Shown here: piece after piece, positions 18,561-27,870 of the stretch
How the letters are laid out: each line of letters starts with the position of its first letter
How positions within the stretch are numbered: position 1 is the first letter of the stretch
Notes under the pieces: generated by a model
What the model was told of the DNA's origin: nothing
The model's database searches: none
What the model saw: only the letters and a program-made list of their open reading frames with translations
Source of the DNA: an uncultured bacterium
GTDB lineage: Bacteria; Eisenbacteria; RBG-16-71-46; CAIMUX01; WJJG01
Assembly (NCBI GenBank): GCA_964573295.1
Contig: CAZNJE010000025.1
Span: forward strand, 1-61,995
Length of the DNA stretch: 61,995 nt
Direction of reading: 5' to 3'
Made by a program: the position numbers and the translations under genes

Positions 18561-19697
18561 TCATGCGCGCTCGGGTCCATGCCCGGGTCCATGCTCGGGT
18601 CCATGCTCGGGTCCATGCTCGGGTTCATGCCCGGGTCCATGCTCGGGTTCATGCCCGGGTCGAGTGTCCGCGCACTCGCTGACGTTCCCGCGTAGCGTCT
18701 CCAGGGTGTGTGGCAAGATGGGAAGCAGCGTGTCGAGTCCCTCCCGAACGGCCTTGGGACTGCCCGGGAGGTTGATGATCAGGGTATCGTGAGCGATGCC
18801 CGCCACCCCGCGGCTCAGCATAGCATGAGGCGTGTGCTCGAGGCCACGGAGTCGCAACAATTCCGCGAGGCCGGGGGCTTCCCGGTCGATGACCGCGCGG
18901 GTGGCCTCTGGGGTGTGATCTCGAGGCGCGAAGCCCGTACCTCCGGAAGTCAGTATGAGCGCTATGTCTACGCGCTCAATGAATTGCTGAAGTGTCGTCT
19001 GTATGGTGGCAGGATCGTCGGGGATGACCTCCGTTGCCACCAGCGCCAGGACGCTGTCCTCGAGGTGGATGCGGCAGGTTGGGATGACTTCGTCCCTGCG
19101 CTGGCCACTCGAGCGCGAATCACTGAGCACGACCAGAGCGGTCGGATAGGGCGGCCCCAGCGGTGAGGCTTCTCGCGTGGCGTCCCGCGAAGCTCCTGGC
19201 GAGGTTCTACGCGCGGCTCCGGCCTTGGATTCCTGCATCGCGACTTGCGCAGCCTCGTGTTGATGCGCGAGTACCAGGATCTCGTCGCCCGAGCGCAGAA
19301 TGCCGGGGGCGAGCACTCGACAGAACACACCCTCGCGGGGCATGACGCAATCGCCGGTGACCTGGCGAATCGCACAACCCTCGTGGCACTCCTTGCCGAT
19401 CTGGGTGACCTCGAGTACCGCATCATCACCGGCTTGCAGCCGTGTACCGATGGGAAGGTGAGCGACATCGACTCCCCGCGTGAGTACGTTCTCGGCGAAG
19501 TCGCCTGGGCCGATCTCTATCCCGCGGCCGCGGAGCTTATCTACCGATTCCAGCGCCAGCAGACTGACTTGCCGGTGCCAGTGGCCCGCGTGACCGTCGC
19601 CGCGGATGCCATGGCCGGCGACAAGCTCGATTTCGTTGACCGGCTTCTTCTGCACGCCCCGCTCGGCGCTCATGCAGACCGCCACGATCTCACCCAT
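18561..19697 (-). CDS. MOSC domain + MogA/MoaB (molybdopterin adenylyltransferase) fusion
   Basis: N-terminal GDGHAG..RQVSLL..FAEN..TQIGKECH..CVMPREG. C-terminal TSGGTG..RDHTPEAT..SRGVAG..NLPGSP. (GPEH)n tail. Confidence 0.9.
   Translation of the reverse strand: MGEIVAVCMSAERGVQKKPVNEIELVAGHGIRGDGHAGHWHRQVSLLALESVDKLRGRGIEIGPGDFAENVLTRGVDVAHLPIGTRLQAGDDAVLEVTQIGKECHEGCAIRQVTGDCVMPREGVFCRVLAPGILRSGDEILVLAHQHEAAQVAMQESKAGAARRTSPGASRDATREASPLGPPYPTALVVLSDSRSSGQRRDEVIPTCRIHLEDSVLALVATEVIPDDPATIQTTLQQFIERVDIALILTSGGTGFAPRDHTPEATRAVIDREAPGLAELLRLRGLEHTPHAMLSRGVAGIAHDTLIINLPGSPKAVREGLDTLLPILPHTLETLRGNVSECADTRPGHEPEHGPGHEPEHGPEHGPEHGPGHGPERA
18569..18661. repeat. 12-bp coding tandem repeat x7-8 (His-containing tail)
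   Basis: GCTCGGGTCCAT units encode PGHEPEHGPGHEPEHGPEH. Confidence 0.92.
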
Positions 19698-20175
19698 CAC
19701 GTTCCTCCTCCCGGCGGTAGGGACCCGAACGACCGCCGGTCTTCTCGAGCAAGCGGATCTCTCCAATGACCATGTCCTTGTCGAGGGCCTTGCACATGTC
19801 ATAGATGGTGAGCCCAGCGACCGCGACCGCGGTGAGTGCCTCCATCTCCGCACCGGTGCGGCCCTGAAGCTTGACCGCGGATGAAATACCCACGCCATCC
19901 GGCTTGATCTCGAAGTCGAGATCGATGTGTTCGGGCAACAGCGGATGGCAGAGGGGGATTAACTCGGCGGTGCGCTTCGCGGCCAGAATGCCGGCCGTCT
20001 TGGCCACCGCCAGGACATTGCCCTTGGCGACCTCGCCAGCACCCAGCGCAGCAATCGTAGCCGCTCGCATGCGGACGCGTCCGAAGGCTCGGGCCGTACG
20101 CACGGTGATGGCTTTCTCACTCACATCGACCATGCGGACGCGGCCCTGTTCGTCGAGGTGACTGAATTCGCACAT
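19690..20175 (-). CDS. moaC: cyclic pyranopterin monophosphate synthase MoaC
   Basis: MVDVSEK, LIPLCH, TGAEMEAL, YDMCKA, KTGGRSG. Confidence 0.95.
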   Translation of the reverse strand: MCEFSHLDEQGRVRMVDVSEKAITVRTARAFGRVRMRAATIAALGAGEVAKGNVLAVAKTAGILAAKRTAELIPLCHPLLPEHIDLDFEIKPDGVGISSAVKLQGRTGAEMEALTAVAVAGLTIYDMCKALDKDMVIGEIRLLEKTGGRSGPYRREEERDG

Positions 20176-20236
20176 GAGCGCACTCCTCCCGCATTTGTTC
20201 ACGTCTGGTTGTGTCTATCGAGGTCCAGTTGTGATA

Positions 20237-20303
20237 GCCAGCATGCCAGCATGCCAGCATGTCAGCATGTCAGCATGCCAGCATGCGAGCATGTCATCGC
20301 ATG
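20237..20303. repeat. 8-bp tandem repeat x8 (GCCAGCAT)
   Basis: Lies between moaA and moaC. Confidence 0.92.
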
Positions 20304-20315
20304 TGCGCCCGGCTT

Positions 20316-21287
20316 TCAGCCTCCGAACGAAGACATGGCGTCGAGGTCACTCATTCCCGGCGGTGCCTGCTTGGTTCGAGCGATCGTCTCGCGCAGGTAC
20401 TGCTCCAATTTGTCGGCGCGGAACGTCGGACGCACAAACGGCCGCAGATCGAAGCTCCTGGGACTGGCCAGGCAGGGGCGCATACGGCCGTCGGCCTGGA
20501 TGCGGATGCGGTTGCAACGACTACAGAAGGGGTGGGTCATCGACGAAATGAGCCCCACAACCGCACCGGTGTCCCTAAGATGATAGCGGCGGGCCGCCGC
20601 GTGGTAGGCGGGATCGCCGGTTCCCCGCGGACGAATCGGCTCGAGCGAGTACCGGGTCGCGATGATCTCTTCGATCCGCTCATTGGGCACGAATTGATCC
20701 CGCGCCGTGCCCGTGACGGGCATCAGCTCGATGAAGCGCAACTCGAGTCCGCGGTCGATGCAGAAGCCGGCCAGGTCGAGCACCTCGTCCAGAGTGTCCT
20801 TCATGGTGACCGCGTTGATCTTGATCGGGCGAAAACCCGCTTGTCGTGCCGCCTCAATGCCGCGTAGCACATGGTCAAGGCCGTCGACGCCGGTGATGGC
20901 CTTGAAGCGATCCGCTCGCAGCGTGTCGAGACTGATGTTCAGTCGGCGGTAGCCGGCCTCGTACAGCGCAGCCGCTGCGGGCGCAAGCAGGTAGCCGTTC
21001 GTGGTCAGTGAGAGGTCGGCAATGCCCGCGATGCGTCCCACCGCGGTCATGAAGTGCAAACTGCCCCGTCGCACTAGAGGTTCGCCGCCGGTGATTCGCA
21101 CCTTGTCGAAGCCCAGCGTGGAGACCATGAGTTCGACGATGGCCAGCAACTCCTCGAGACTGAGAATGTCGCCGTGACGAAGCTTGGGCACCCCCTCGGG
21201 CGGCATACAGTAGCGGCAGCGAAAGTTGCACAGATCGGTCAGGGACACGCGGAGGTAGTTGATCCTACGGCCGTGGGAGTCGTCCAT
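20316..21287 (-). CDS. moaA: GTP 3',8-cyclase MoaA
   Basis: CNFRCRYCMP, TGGEP, FCSRCNRIR..PCL and C-terminal GG. Confidence 0.95.
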   Translation of the reverse strand: MDDSHGRRINYLRVSLTDLCNFRCRYCMPPEGVPKLRHGDILSLEELLAIVELMVSTLGFDKVRITGGEPLVRRGSLHFMTAVGRIAGIADLSLTTNGYLLAPAAAALYEAGYRRLNISLDTLRADRFKAITGVDGLDHVLRGIEAARQAGFRPIKINAVTMKDTLDEVLDLAGFCIDRGLELRFIELMPVTGTARDQFVPNERIEEIIATRYSLEPIRPRGTGDPAYHAAARRYHLRDTGAVVGLISSMTHPFCSRCNRIRIQADGRMRPCLASPRSFDLRPFVRPTFRADKLEQYLRETIARTKQAPPGMSDLDAMSSFGG

Positions 21288-21296
21288 CAGGGTGCC

Positions 21297-22589
21297 TCAA
21301 TCATACAACTTCCGAAAGGGAACCATCTGGCCGCGGTCCACCTTCTCGACGCCCGCTGGAATCAAGGCGATCGCGTCGGCGCCGGAGATGGCGAAGATAT
21401 CGGCCGAGCCATGGGTCTTGAGGGGTGTGAGCAAAAAGCGCCCGTCGGACCACTCGGTCGTGCAGGCCACCAGGTTCAAACGGCCAGCCTTCTTGGTCAC
21501 GGTTTCGGCTAGCTCGCCGGTGAATCGGGTAGCCTGGGGACGCGGATGATGGCGGAACTTGCGCATGGCCGGGGCCACGTACTGATCGAAGGCGTACAGG
21601 GTGGAGATGGGGTTGCCGGGGAGTCCGAACACCATCGTACGGCCGCGTTTGCCGAACACGGTGGGCCGCCCGGGTTGCACCAGCAGCTTCTCCATATACA
21701 ACTCGACGCCCAGTTCCTCGAGGATCCGGGGAATGTAGTCGAAGCGCCCCATCGAGACGCCACCCGACAGGATCAGGAAATCGGCCGTCAGACCCTCCTG
21801 CAGGCGTTCCCGGAGAACCTCGGGGCGATCGGGTAGGATACCCAGGTAGTGGGGACGGCCCTTGGAGCCCAGGATTTGCGACCAGAGATTGTAGGCGTTC
21901 GAATTGTAGATCTGGCCGGGCTTCAACTCGTCCCCCGAATCAGCGGCCGATCCGGGTTCGACCAGCTCTTCGCCGGTCGCGGCGAAAGCGATCGAGGGGC
22001 CCATGTGGACCGGCACGTCGGCCCGCCCACAGGCGGCCAGAATACAAATCTCCTGATGGCGCAATAGTCTTCCACTCTGCAGGATCACGCTGCCCGTCTT
22101 GAGATCCTCGCCCTGCTTGGCGATGTGGGCTCCACGGGAAGGAATCGTTTGAAAGCGGACCCAGTCGGGCGCCTGTTCCTCGGCATCCGTCTGCTTGGAT
22201 GGCGCATCCTCGGCACCAGTCGCCGATGGACTCGTGTCCTCGACGGGGATGACCGTGTCGGCGCCCTCGGGTATCGGAGCGCCGGTCATGATCCGGGCGC
22301 ACTCGCCGGCGTCGATCGACTGTGTCGGAACATCCCCGGCAGCGATCGTGGTTACCACGCGGAAAGCCTTCGTCTCGTCGTGGTCCCGATACCGGAAGGC
22401 GAAGCCATCCATGGCCGACTTGTCGAAGGCGGGCATGTCCAGCGGAGCCGTGACATCCTCGGCGAGGATGTGTCCATCGGCCTGCGCCAATGGGATCTTC
22501 TGAATTTGGGTCCCCTCGGTGGCCCGATCCAGGATGAGCCGCTGGGCTTCCTCGAAACCAAGCTGGGACTTGGACTTGTCTGCGCTCAC
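21297..22589 (-). CDS. moeA: molybdopterin molybdo/tungsto-transferase MoeA
   Basis: SAMDGFA, IMTGAPIP.GAD, TGEEL, SGGVSMG, QPGRP, LPGNP. GTG start overlaps the tupC stop. Confidence 0.94.
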   Translation of the reverse strand: MSADKSKSQLGFEEAQRLILDRATEGTQIQKIPLAQADGHILAEDVTAPLDMPAFDKSAMDGFAFRYRDHDETKAFRVVTTIAAGDVPTQSIDAGECARIMTGAPIPEGADTVIPVEDTSPSATGAEDAPSKQTDAEEQAPDWVRFQTIPSRGAHIAKQGEDLKTGSVILQSGRLLRHQEICILAACGRADVPVHMGPSIAFAATGEELVEPGSAADSGDELKPGQIYNSNAYNLWSQILGSKGRPHYLGILPDRPEVLRERLQEGLTADFLILSGGVSMGRFDYIPRILEELGVELYMEKLLVQPGRPTVFGKRGRTMVFGLPGNPISTLYAFDQYVAPAMRKFRHHPRPQATRFTGELAETVTKKAGRLNLVACTTEWSDGRFLLTPLKTHGSADIFAISGADAIALIPAGVEKVDRGQMVPFRKLYD

Positions 22590-23569
22590 AGCACCTCCAC
22601 GGCATGGGCCTTGAACGAGGCCACTAGCTCGCAATGTAGATTGAGCCCCAATGCTTCATAAGACGCCTTGCTGACGATGGCTGTCAACCGGTCTCCGCAA
22701 TCCACTTCCACCCAGACGTTCGGTCCCTCTTCCTGGATCGAGCACACGCGACCCGCGAAGTGGTTCCTCATGCTGGAAACCAGCGGCTCGGTGGAAAGGA
22801 CCACGCTGCGAGGGTCGACCATCACCACGATCCGCTCCCCGTTCGCGTGTGCCGGATTCGGAAGCGTGATCCGAAGGCCCCCGGGAGTGAGGAGGTGGCC
22901 GTTTTCGGCCCGGCCGGTGAAGACGTTCTCCGGGAGGCTCTGGGTCAACCGGCCGGCGCGCACTGTGAGCACTCGGGGGCAGAGCCGGTGCGCGAGGTGC
23001 AGATCGTGTGCGGTGAGGAGCAAGGTGGCGCTGCTGCCGAGGAGCGCGTGCTCGATCACACGCTGGGATTGCCGGTCCAGGTGCGCGGCGGGTTCATCCA
23101 GCAAGAGCAAGGTGGGCTCAGAGATCAACACACGGGCCAGCGCCAGCCGCTTCTGTTCGCCGCCGGATAGCTCACGCGCATCCGCCTGGGCCAGGTGAGT
23201 CAGATCGAGCTCATCCAAGAGCCGCGCGATCCGGTCTTCGGCCTGTCGGCGAGCGAGACCCCGCAGCTTCAGTGGGTAGGCCGCATTGCTCCACACCGTG
23301 CCCCGGAACAGATAGGGTTGCTGCCGCAGGAACCCGAATCCCTCCGGCCGCTCCCGACCGGAGCGAAGGGTCTGACCCCGGAATGCAAAGCGTGTGAAGC
23401 GGTCGGGTTTCTCAAGAAACGCGAGCACGCGCAACAACGTGGTCTTACCCGAGCCGTTCTGACCCACGAAGGCCACCTTCTCTCCCGGCGCAATCTGCAG
23501 ATGTTCGATTTGCAGCGTGAAGCGCTCGCCTCGCGAAAAACACAGATTTTCGATGTCATAGAGCTTCAC
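22586..23569 (-). CDS. tupC: tungstate ABC transporter ATP-binding protein with TOBE domain
   Basis: GQNGSGKT, LSGGE, LLLDEP and C-terminal SSMRN..TOBE. Follows tupB. Confidence 0.85.
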   Translation of the reverse strand: MKLYDIENLCFSRGERFTLQIEHLQIAPGEKVAFVGQNGSGKTTLLRVLAFLEKPDRFTRFAFRGQTLRSGRERPEGFGFLRQQPYLFRGTVWSNAAYPLKLRGLARRQAEDRIARLLDELDLTHLAQADARELSGGEQKRLALARVLISEPTLLLLDEPAAHLDRQSQRVIEHALLGSSATLLLTAHDLHLAHRLCPRVLTVRAGRLTQSLPENVFTGRAENGHLLTPGGLRITLPNPAHANGERIVVMVDPRSVVLSTEPLVSSMRNHFAGRVCSIQEEGPNVWVEVDCGDRLTAIVSKASYEALGLNLHCELVASFKAHAVEVL

Positions 23570-24254
23570 GGCGGCCTCCGAAGACCTGGACGCCGATATT
23601 GACCAGCAGCACAAGCAAGAGCAGGACCAGTCCCAGCGCGAACGCGGTGGCGAAATTGCCCTGGCTGGTCTCCAGCGTCACGGCGGTCGTGATCGTGCGG
23701 GTCAGGCCGCGGATGTTACCACCCAGGAGCAACGAGATGCCTACTTCGGAGACCACGCGTCCGAAGCCGGTCATGACCGCGGTCATGACGGCCAGGCGGG
23801 ATTCGGCGATGACGGTCAGAGTGGCCCGCATCGGCGATGCCCCCAGAAGGCGTGCTTCTTCATAGGCGTCGCGCAGGGCTTCGCGGAGGGCGGTGTGCAG
23901 CAGAGCCGTCATCAGCGGAATGATAAGAAACACCTGGCCGATGATGATCGCTGTCTGGGTGAAGATCAGGTGCAGATCTCCCAGCGGTGCCCGGCGGGCG
24001 ATGAAGGCGTAGACGAACAGACCCACCACGACCGTGGGCAGCGCCAACGCAGTGCGCAGCAGACTCAAGACCGCCCGCTTTCCGGGAAACTCGAAACGGG
24101 CGATCAGGAATCCCAGGGGCAAGCTGATCGCCGAGGCGATGAGCGTCGACGTGCAGGAGACCCGTAGGGTCGTGACGAGAGCATTGCGCAGATCGGCGTC
24201 CAGACGAGCGATCATCTGGAGGGCTTCCCACAGACTCTGCGTCAGGAATTCCAC
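23556..24254 (-). CDS. tupB: tungstate ABC transporter permease
   Basis: LPTVVVGL, GFGRVVSEVG..GGNIRG.TRTITTA. Confidence 0.9.
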   Translation of the reverse strand: MEFLTQSLWEALQMIARLDADLRNALVTTLRVSCTSTLIASAISLPLGFLIARFEFPGKRAVLSLLRTALALPTVVVGLFVYAFIARRAPLGDLHLIFTQTAIIIGQVFLIIPLMTALLHTALREALRDAYEEARLLGASPMRATLTVIAESRLAVMTAVMTGFGRVVSEVGISLLLGGNIRGLTRTITTAVTLETSQGNFATAFALGLVLLLLVLLVNIGVQVFGGRREAL

Positions 24255-24286
24255 TCGGACCCTCTGTCGGTTGCCTGGGCCGGGAG

Positions 24287-24376
24287 GCCGCACCGCTCAT
24301 GCAAGCCGCGCCGCTCATGCAAGCCGCGCCGCTCATGCAAGCCGCGCCGCTCATGCAAGCCGTGCCGCTCATGCAG
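24287..24376. repeat. 18-bp tandem repeat x5 (GCCGCGCCGCTCATGCAA)
   Basis: Lies between tupA and tupB. Confidence 0.93.
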
Positions 24377-24451
24377 TCTGTGCCGCCCGTGCCGCCTGTG
24401 GCGATCAGATTCGTGATCAAGAATGATCGAGAATGATCCGGATCGTCTGGA

Positions 24452-25312
24452 TCATTCGAACAAGTAGAATAGCTGCTCCCCCCCGATTTTGAAATCGGCG
24501 ATGAGCTGCTTCGCCCGTGTTGAGGTCATCCATTCGATTAGCCTTCGGGCGCCCTCGTGATTGCGATCGGGGTACTTCTCGGGACTGACTGCGATGATGG
24601 CATAGGGATTGCGCAGCTGGGGATCCTTTTCGTAGAGAACATCGAGCGCGAACTTGCCGGCGAAGGCCAGATACGTGCCGCGGTCGGTCAAGATGTAGGC
24701 CTCCTTCTCGCGGGCCATCGTGAGGCAGGCCCCCATACCCTGACCGGCCTCGACGTACCAGGCTCCGGCGGGATCCACAGCGGCCTCCACCCAGAGTGCG
24801 AGTTCCTTCCTATGGGTTCCCGAATCATCGCCACGCGAGATGAAGATGGCTTGCTGCCCGGCAATGCGCTGAAACGCCTGGGCGGCGCTGCCCGCATCGG
24901 CCAGTTCGGCGGGATCGACCCCCGGGCCGGCGATCACGAAGTCGTTCCACATCACCGGTACCCGTTCCACGCCGTAGCCTTCTTCGACAAATGCCTCCTC
25001 GGCCGCGGGCGCATGGACCAGCACCACGTCGACATCTCCGTTACGTCCGTGCGCCAGGGCCATGCCGGTGCCGGTCGGGACGTAGTCCACCCGGATGCCG
25101 GTGTCCTTGGTGAACTCGGGCAGCAGATAGTCCAGCAGGCCGCTGTTGGCCGTGCTCGTGGTGGTGGCCATCTTGATGGGTGGAGGCGCCTCGCCACCCG
25201 TCCCGCAACCGGCACCGGAGAGGAACACTGCCAGGGCGACGAGTGTGGAAACGCTCCAGGGTCTGAGGCCGCTGCGGACCAAGGAGGTGCCGCTCAAGCT
25301 TCCTGGCTCCAT
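24452..25312 (-). CDS. tupA: tungstate-binding lipoprotein TupA
   Basis: TupA signature MATTTS..SGLL, SRGDDSGTH, GQGMG, TDRGT. Lipobox GAGC. Start approximate. Confidence 0.9.
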   Translation of the reverse strand: MEPGSLSGTSLVRSGLRPWSVSTLVALAVFLSGAGCGTGGEAPPPIKMATTTSTANSGLLDYLLPEFTKDTGIRVDYVPTGTGMALAHGRNGDVDVVLVHAPAAEEAFVEEGYGVERVPVMWNDFVIAGPGVDPAELADAGSAAQAFQRIAGQQAIFISRGDDSGTHRKELALWVEAAVDPAGAWYVEAGQGMGACLTMAREKEAYILTDRGTYLAFAGKFALDVLYEKDPQLRNPYAIIAVSPEKYPDRNHEGARRLIEWMTSTRAKQLIADFKIGGEQLFYLFE

Positions 25313-26541
25313 AGCTCGGCGATCTTCATCACCACTTGGGTGGCCTTTTCCATCTCTTGAAGCGAGGCCCATTCGCGCACGCTGTGGAAGTTGTACCCGC
25401 CGGTGAAGATGTTGGGTGTGGGCACGCCCATGTAGGATAGACGGGCGCCGTCGGTGCCCCCGCGGATGACTTTCAGGAAGGGCTCGACTCCCACCGCTCG
25501 GCAGGCCTCGAAGGCGATGTCCACGATCCGCGGACTCTCATCGACCTTGGGGCCCATGTTCAGGTAAGACTCGGTGACCTCGAGCTTGATCTCGGTCTTG
25601 GGAAACCGCTCGGCCACATCCCGTCGGATCTGCTCGAGTAGCTTGATCTTCGCCTGTGAGCCCTCCATGTCGAAATCGCGGATGAGCAGGTGGATCGTCG
25701 TCTGGTCGATCCCCCCTTGAATACCCCGCGGATGGATGTATCCCTGCCGTTCCTCGGTGGTCTCGGGCCGCATGTCTTCGGGTAGGCGCGTCACGATGTC
25801 CGCTGCCGCGTAGATCGAGTTGATCATCTTGTCCTTGGCCGTGCCGGGATGCACATTGTAACCCTTCAGACGGAACGTGGCCGAGTGAGCGTTGAAGGTC
25901 TCCTTTTCGATGCGGCCCAGTTCACTGCCGTCGAGCGTGTAGGCTACCTTGGCTCCAAATCCCTCGACATCGAACCTCTCCGTGCCGCGTGCGACCTCTT
26001 CATCGGGCGTGAACGCGATTTGGATGGGACCGTGGGGAATGTCGGGCTGCTCGACCAGGCGCTGTAGCGCCTCCATGATCCCGGCGATCCCGGCCTTGTC
26101 ATCGGCCCCGAGCAAGGTCGTGCCGTCGGAGGTGATGAGATCATTGCCGATCTGCTTCTCGAGCTCGGGCATCTCCGCCACACGGATCACCTGGTCCGGA
26201 TCCCCGGGCAGCTCGATGTCGCCGCCCTGGTAGTTGCGGATCACCTGCGGCCTCACATGCTCACCGGGCGCATCCGGACTCGTGTCGAGATGGGCGATGA
26301 AGCCGATCGCCGGCACACGGCCCTTGCGGGGATGATTCTCCGGCAGATTCTCCGGCAACGTTGCGTAGACGTAAGCATGTTCGTCCACTCGCGCCTCCAG
26401 GCCCATGTCATGAAGCTCTTGCACCAGCATTTTGGCCAGATCGAACTGACGCGCGGTGCTGGGATTGGACTTCGAATCTTCGTCGGACGTGGTATGGACC
26501 TGGACGTAGCGCAGAAAGCGCGGCAGAAGCCGTTCAGCCAT
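25294..26541 (-). CDS. pepT: peptidase T
   Basis: AHLDTSP, LGADDKAG, FTPDEE, NVHPG.AK, IRGGTDG, NFHS. Confidence 0.95.
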   Translation of the reverse strand: MAERLLPRFLRYVQVHTTSDEDSKSNPSTARQFDLAKMLVQELHDMGLEARVDEHAYVYATLPENLPENHPRKGRVPAIGFIAHLDTSPDAPGEHVRPQVIRNYQGGDIELPGDPDQVIRVAEMPELEKQIGNDLITSDGTTLLGADDKAGIAGIMEALQRLVEQPDIPHGPIQIAFTPDEEVARGTERFDVEGFGAKVAYTLDGSELGRIEKETFNAHSATFRLKGYNVHPGTAKDKMINSIYAAADIVTRLPEDMRPETTEERQGYIHPRGIQGGIDQTTIHLLIRDFDMEGSQAKIKLLEQIRRDVAERFPKTEIKLEVTESYLNMGPKVDESPRIVDIAFEACRAVGVEPFLKVIRGGTDGARLSYMGVPTPNIFTGGYNFHSVREWASLQEMEKATQVVMKIAELWSQEA

Positions 26542-26556
26542 GATTCCTCCTCATCC

Positions 26557-27870
26557 TCATGACCGTTGCCGCGCCCAGCGCACGATTTCGGGCATTGTGG
26601 GCGGCTTTCCGTACATGAGGATTCCCGTACGAAACACCTTGGCCGCGCCACGCACGACCAGGTAGGTCGAGAAAACGAGTATCACCGCTGCGACCAGCAC
26701 CTCCCAGGTGGGCGCCGGGGGTGTAGCGGGAATGCGATTCATGATGACGAATGGCGTGAAGGGGGGAAAGAAGGAGGCTGCCACCGACACGATGTGATCC
26801 GGATTGTTGGTCACATAGACCATGAGGAAGAGCGGGATCATGAGCACGAACATGAAGGGCTGGGTCAGGTTCTGGGCCTCCCGCAGGGTGTTGCACACCG
26901 ATCCCAGCCCCACGAAGATCGAGGCATAGAACAAGAAGCCGAGCAAGAAGAACAGGATGAACCACAGCAGCGTCAGCCCACCGAAGGCGCTGCCGATTCC
27001 GCTGCCGATTTGCTGGAAGGTGTCGCTCGGCACAGCCCCGATCACCACGATGGCCGTCCCCGCCCAGACGCCGATCATCGTGAGCCCGGCGCCGGCGAGT
27101 CCCAAGAGCTTTCCCATCATGAACTCGAACGAGGACACCGAAGACAGAATGACCTCGATGATCCGGCTGTTCTTCTCCTCGATCGTGCTCGTCATCAGGT
27201 GGCTCGACATCATGAGGACCGAGATCCACAGCAAGTAGACGAACGCCATCGGAGCGTAGGATCGCGCGATGTGCGCGGCGGTTACCTCTTCACTACCGCC
27301 CTCGATCACCGCGTGGGTGATGAGGCTTATTCCTTGCAGGCTCTCACGCAAGAGTTGCTCGTCTTGGACGAGAGGCAGGAGGCGGTCCATGGCGACCACC
27401 TCGTTCAGGATGCGCCGGAAGCTGTGGGCCAGGTCGTCGGTGCCGGGGTCGGAGGTGTAGTAATCCACGGTGGGGGCGCCGTCCTGGGCTCCCGGCCGAA
27501 TCACGAAGAAAGCGAACAGCTTGCCTTCATGGATGAGCTGCTCGAGGGTCCACTCCCGAGCGGCGGGGTCCTCGGGCAGCATGAGCTGCTCGGGCGTGTT
27601 GTAGACAAAGTCGCGCATCGCATTGGCAACGACGTAGCCGTTCTTCTCCCCTTCAGGAAAGAACTGGGCCAGCACATCATCGCGGTAGCGGCCGGTATGA
27701 TCGAGGATCGTGAATGCGCGCGGCGTCGTCGATAGTCCTTCGAGCAATACGGGCAGGCCTATCGCCAGCATCAAAGTGACCGGGAAGGCAATGGCGGAGA
27801 TCAGGAAGGTCTTCGTGCGAACATAGGCGACGTACTCGCGCGACATGACGCGCAGGATGCGATTCAACAT
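26557..27870 (-). CDS. ABC-2 (NatB/YhaP-like) permease
   Basis: EEKNSRIIEVILSS, GKLLG, PPFTPF, ILMYGK, with TM segments. Confidence 0.9.
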   Translation of the reverse strand: MLNRILRVMSREYVAYVRTKTFLISAIAFPVTLMLAIGLPVLLEGLSTTPRAFTILDHTGRYRDDVLAQFFPEGEKNGYVVANAMRDFVYNTPEQLMLPEDPAAREWTLEQLIHEGKLFAFFVIRPGAQDGAPTVDYYTSDPGTDDLAHSFRRILNEVVAMDRLLPLVQDEQLLRESLQGISLITHAVIEGGSEEVTAAHIARSYAPMAFVYLLWISVLMMSSHLMTSTIEEKNSRIIEVILSSVSSFEFMMGKLLGLAGAGLTMIGVWAGTAIVVIGAVPSDTFQQIGSGIGSAFGGLTLLWFILFFLLGFLFYASIFVGLGSVCNTLREAQNLTQPFMFVLMIPLFLMVYVTNNPDHIVSVAASFFPPFTPFVIMNRIPATPPAPTWEVLVAAVILVFSTYLVVRGAAKVFRTGILMYGKPPTMPEIVRWARQRS

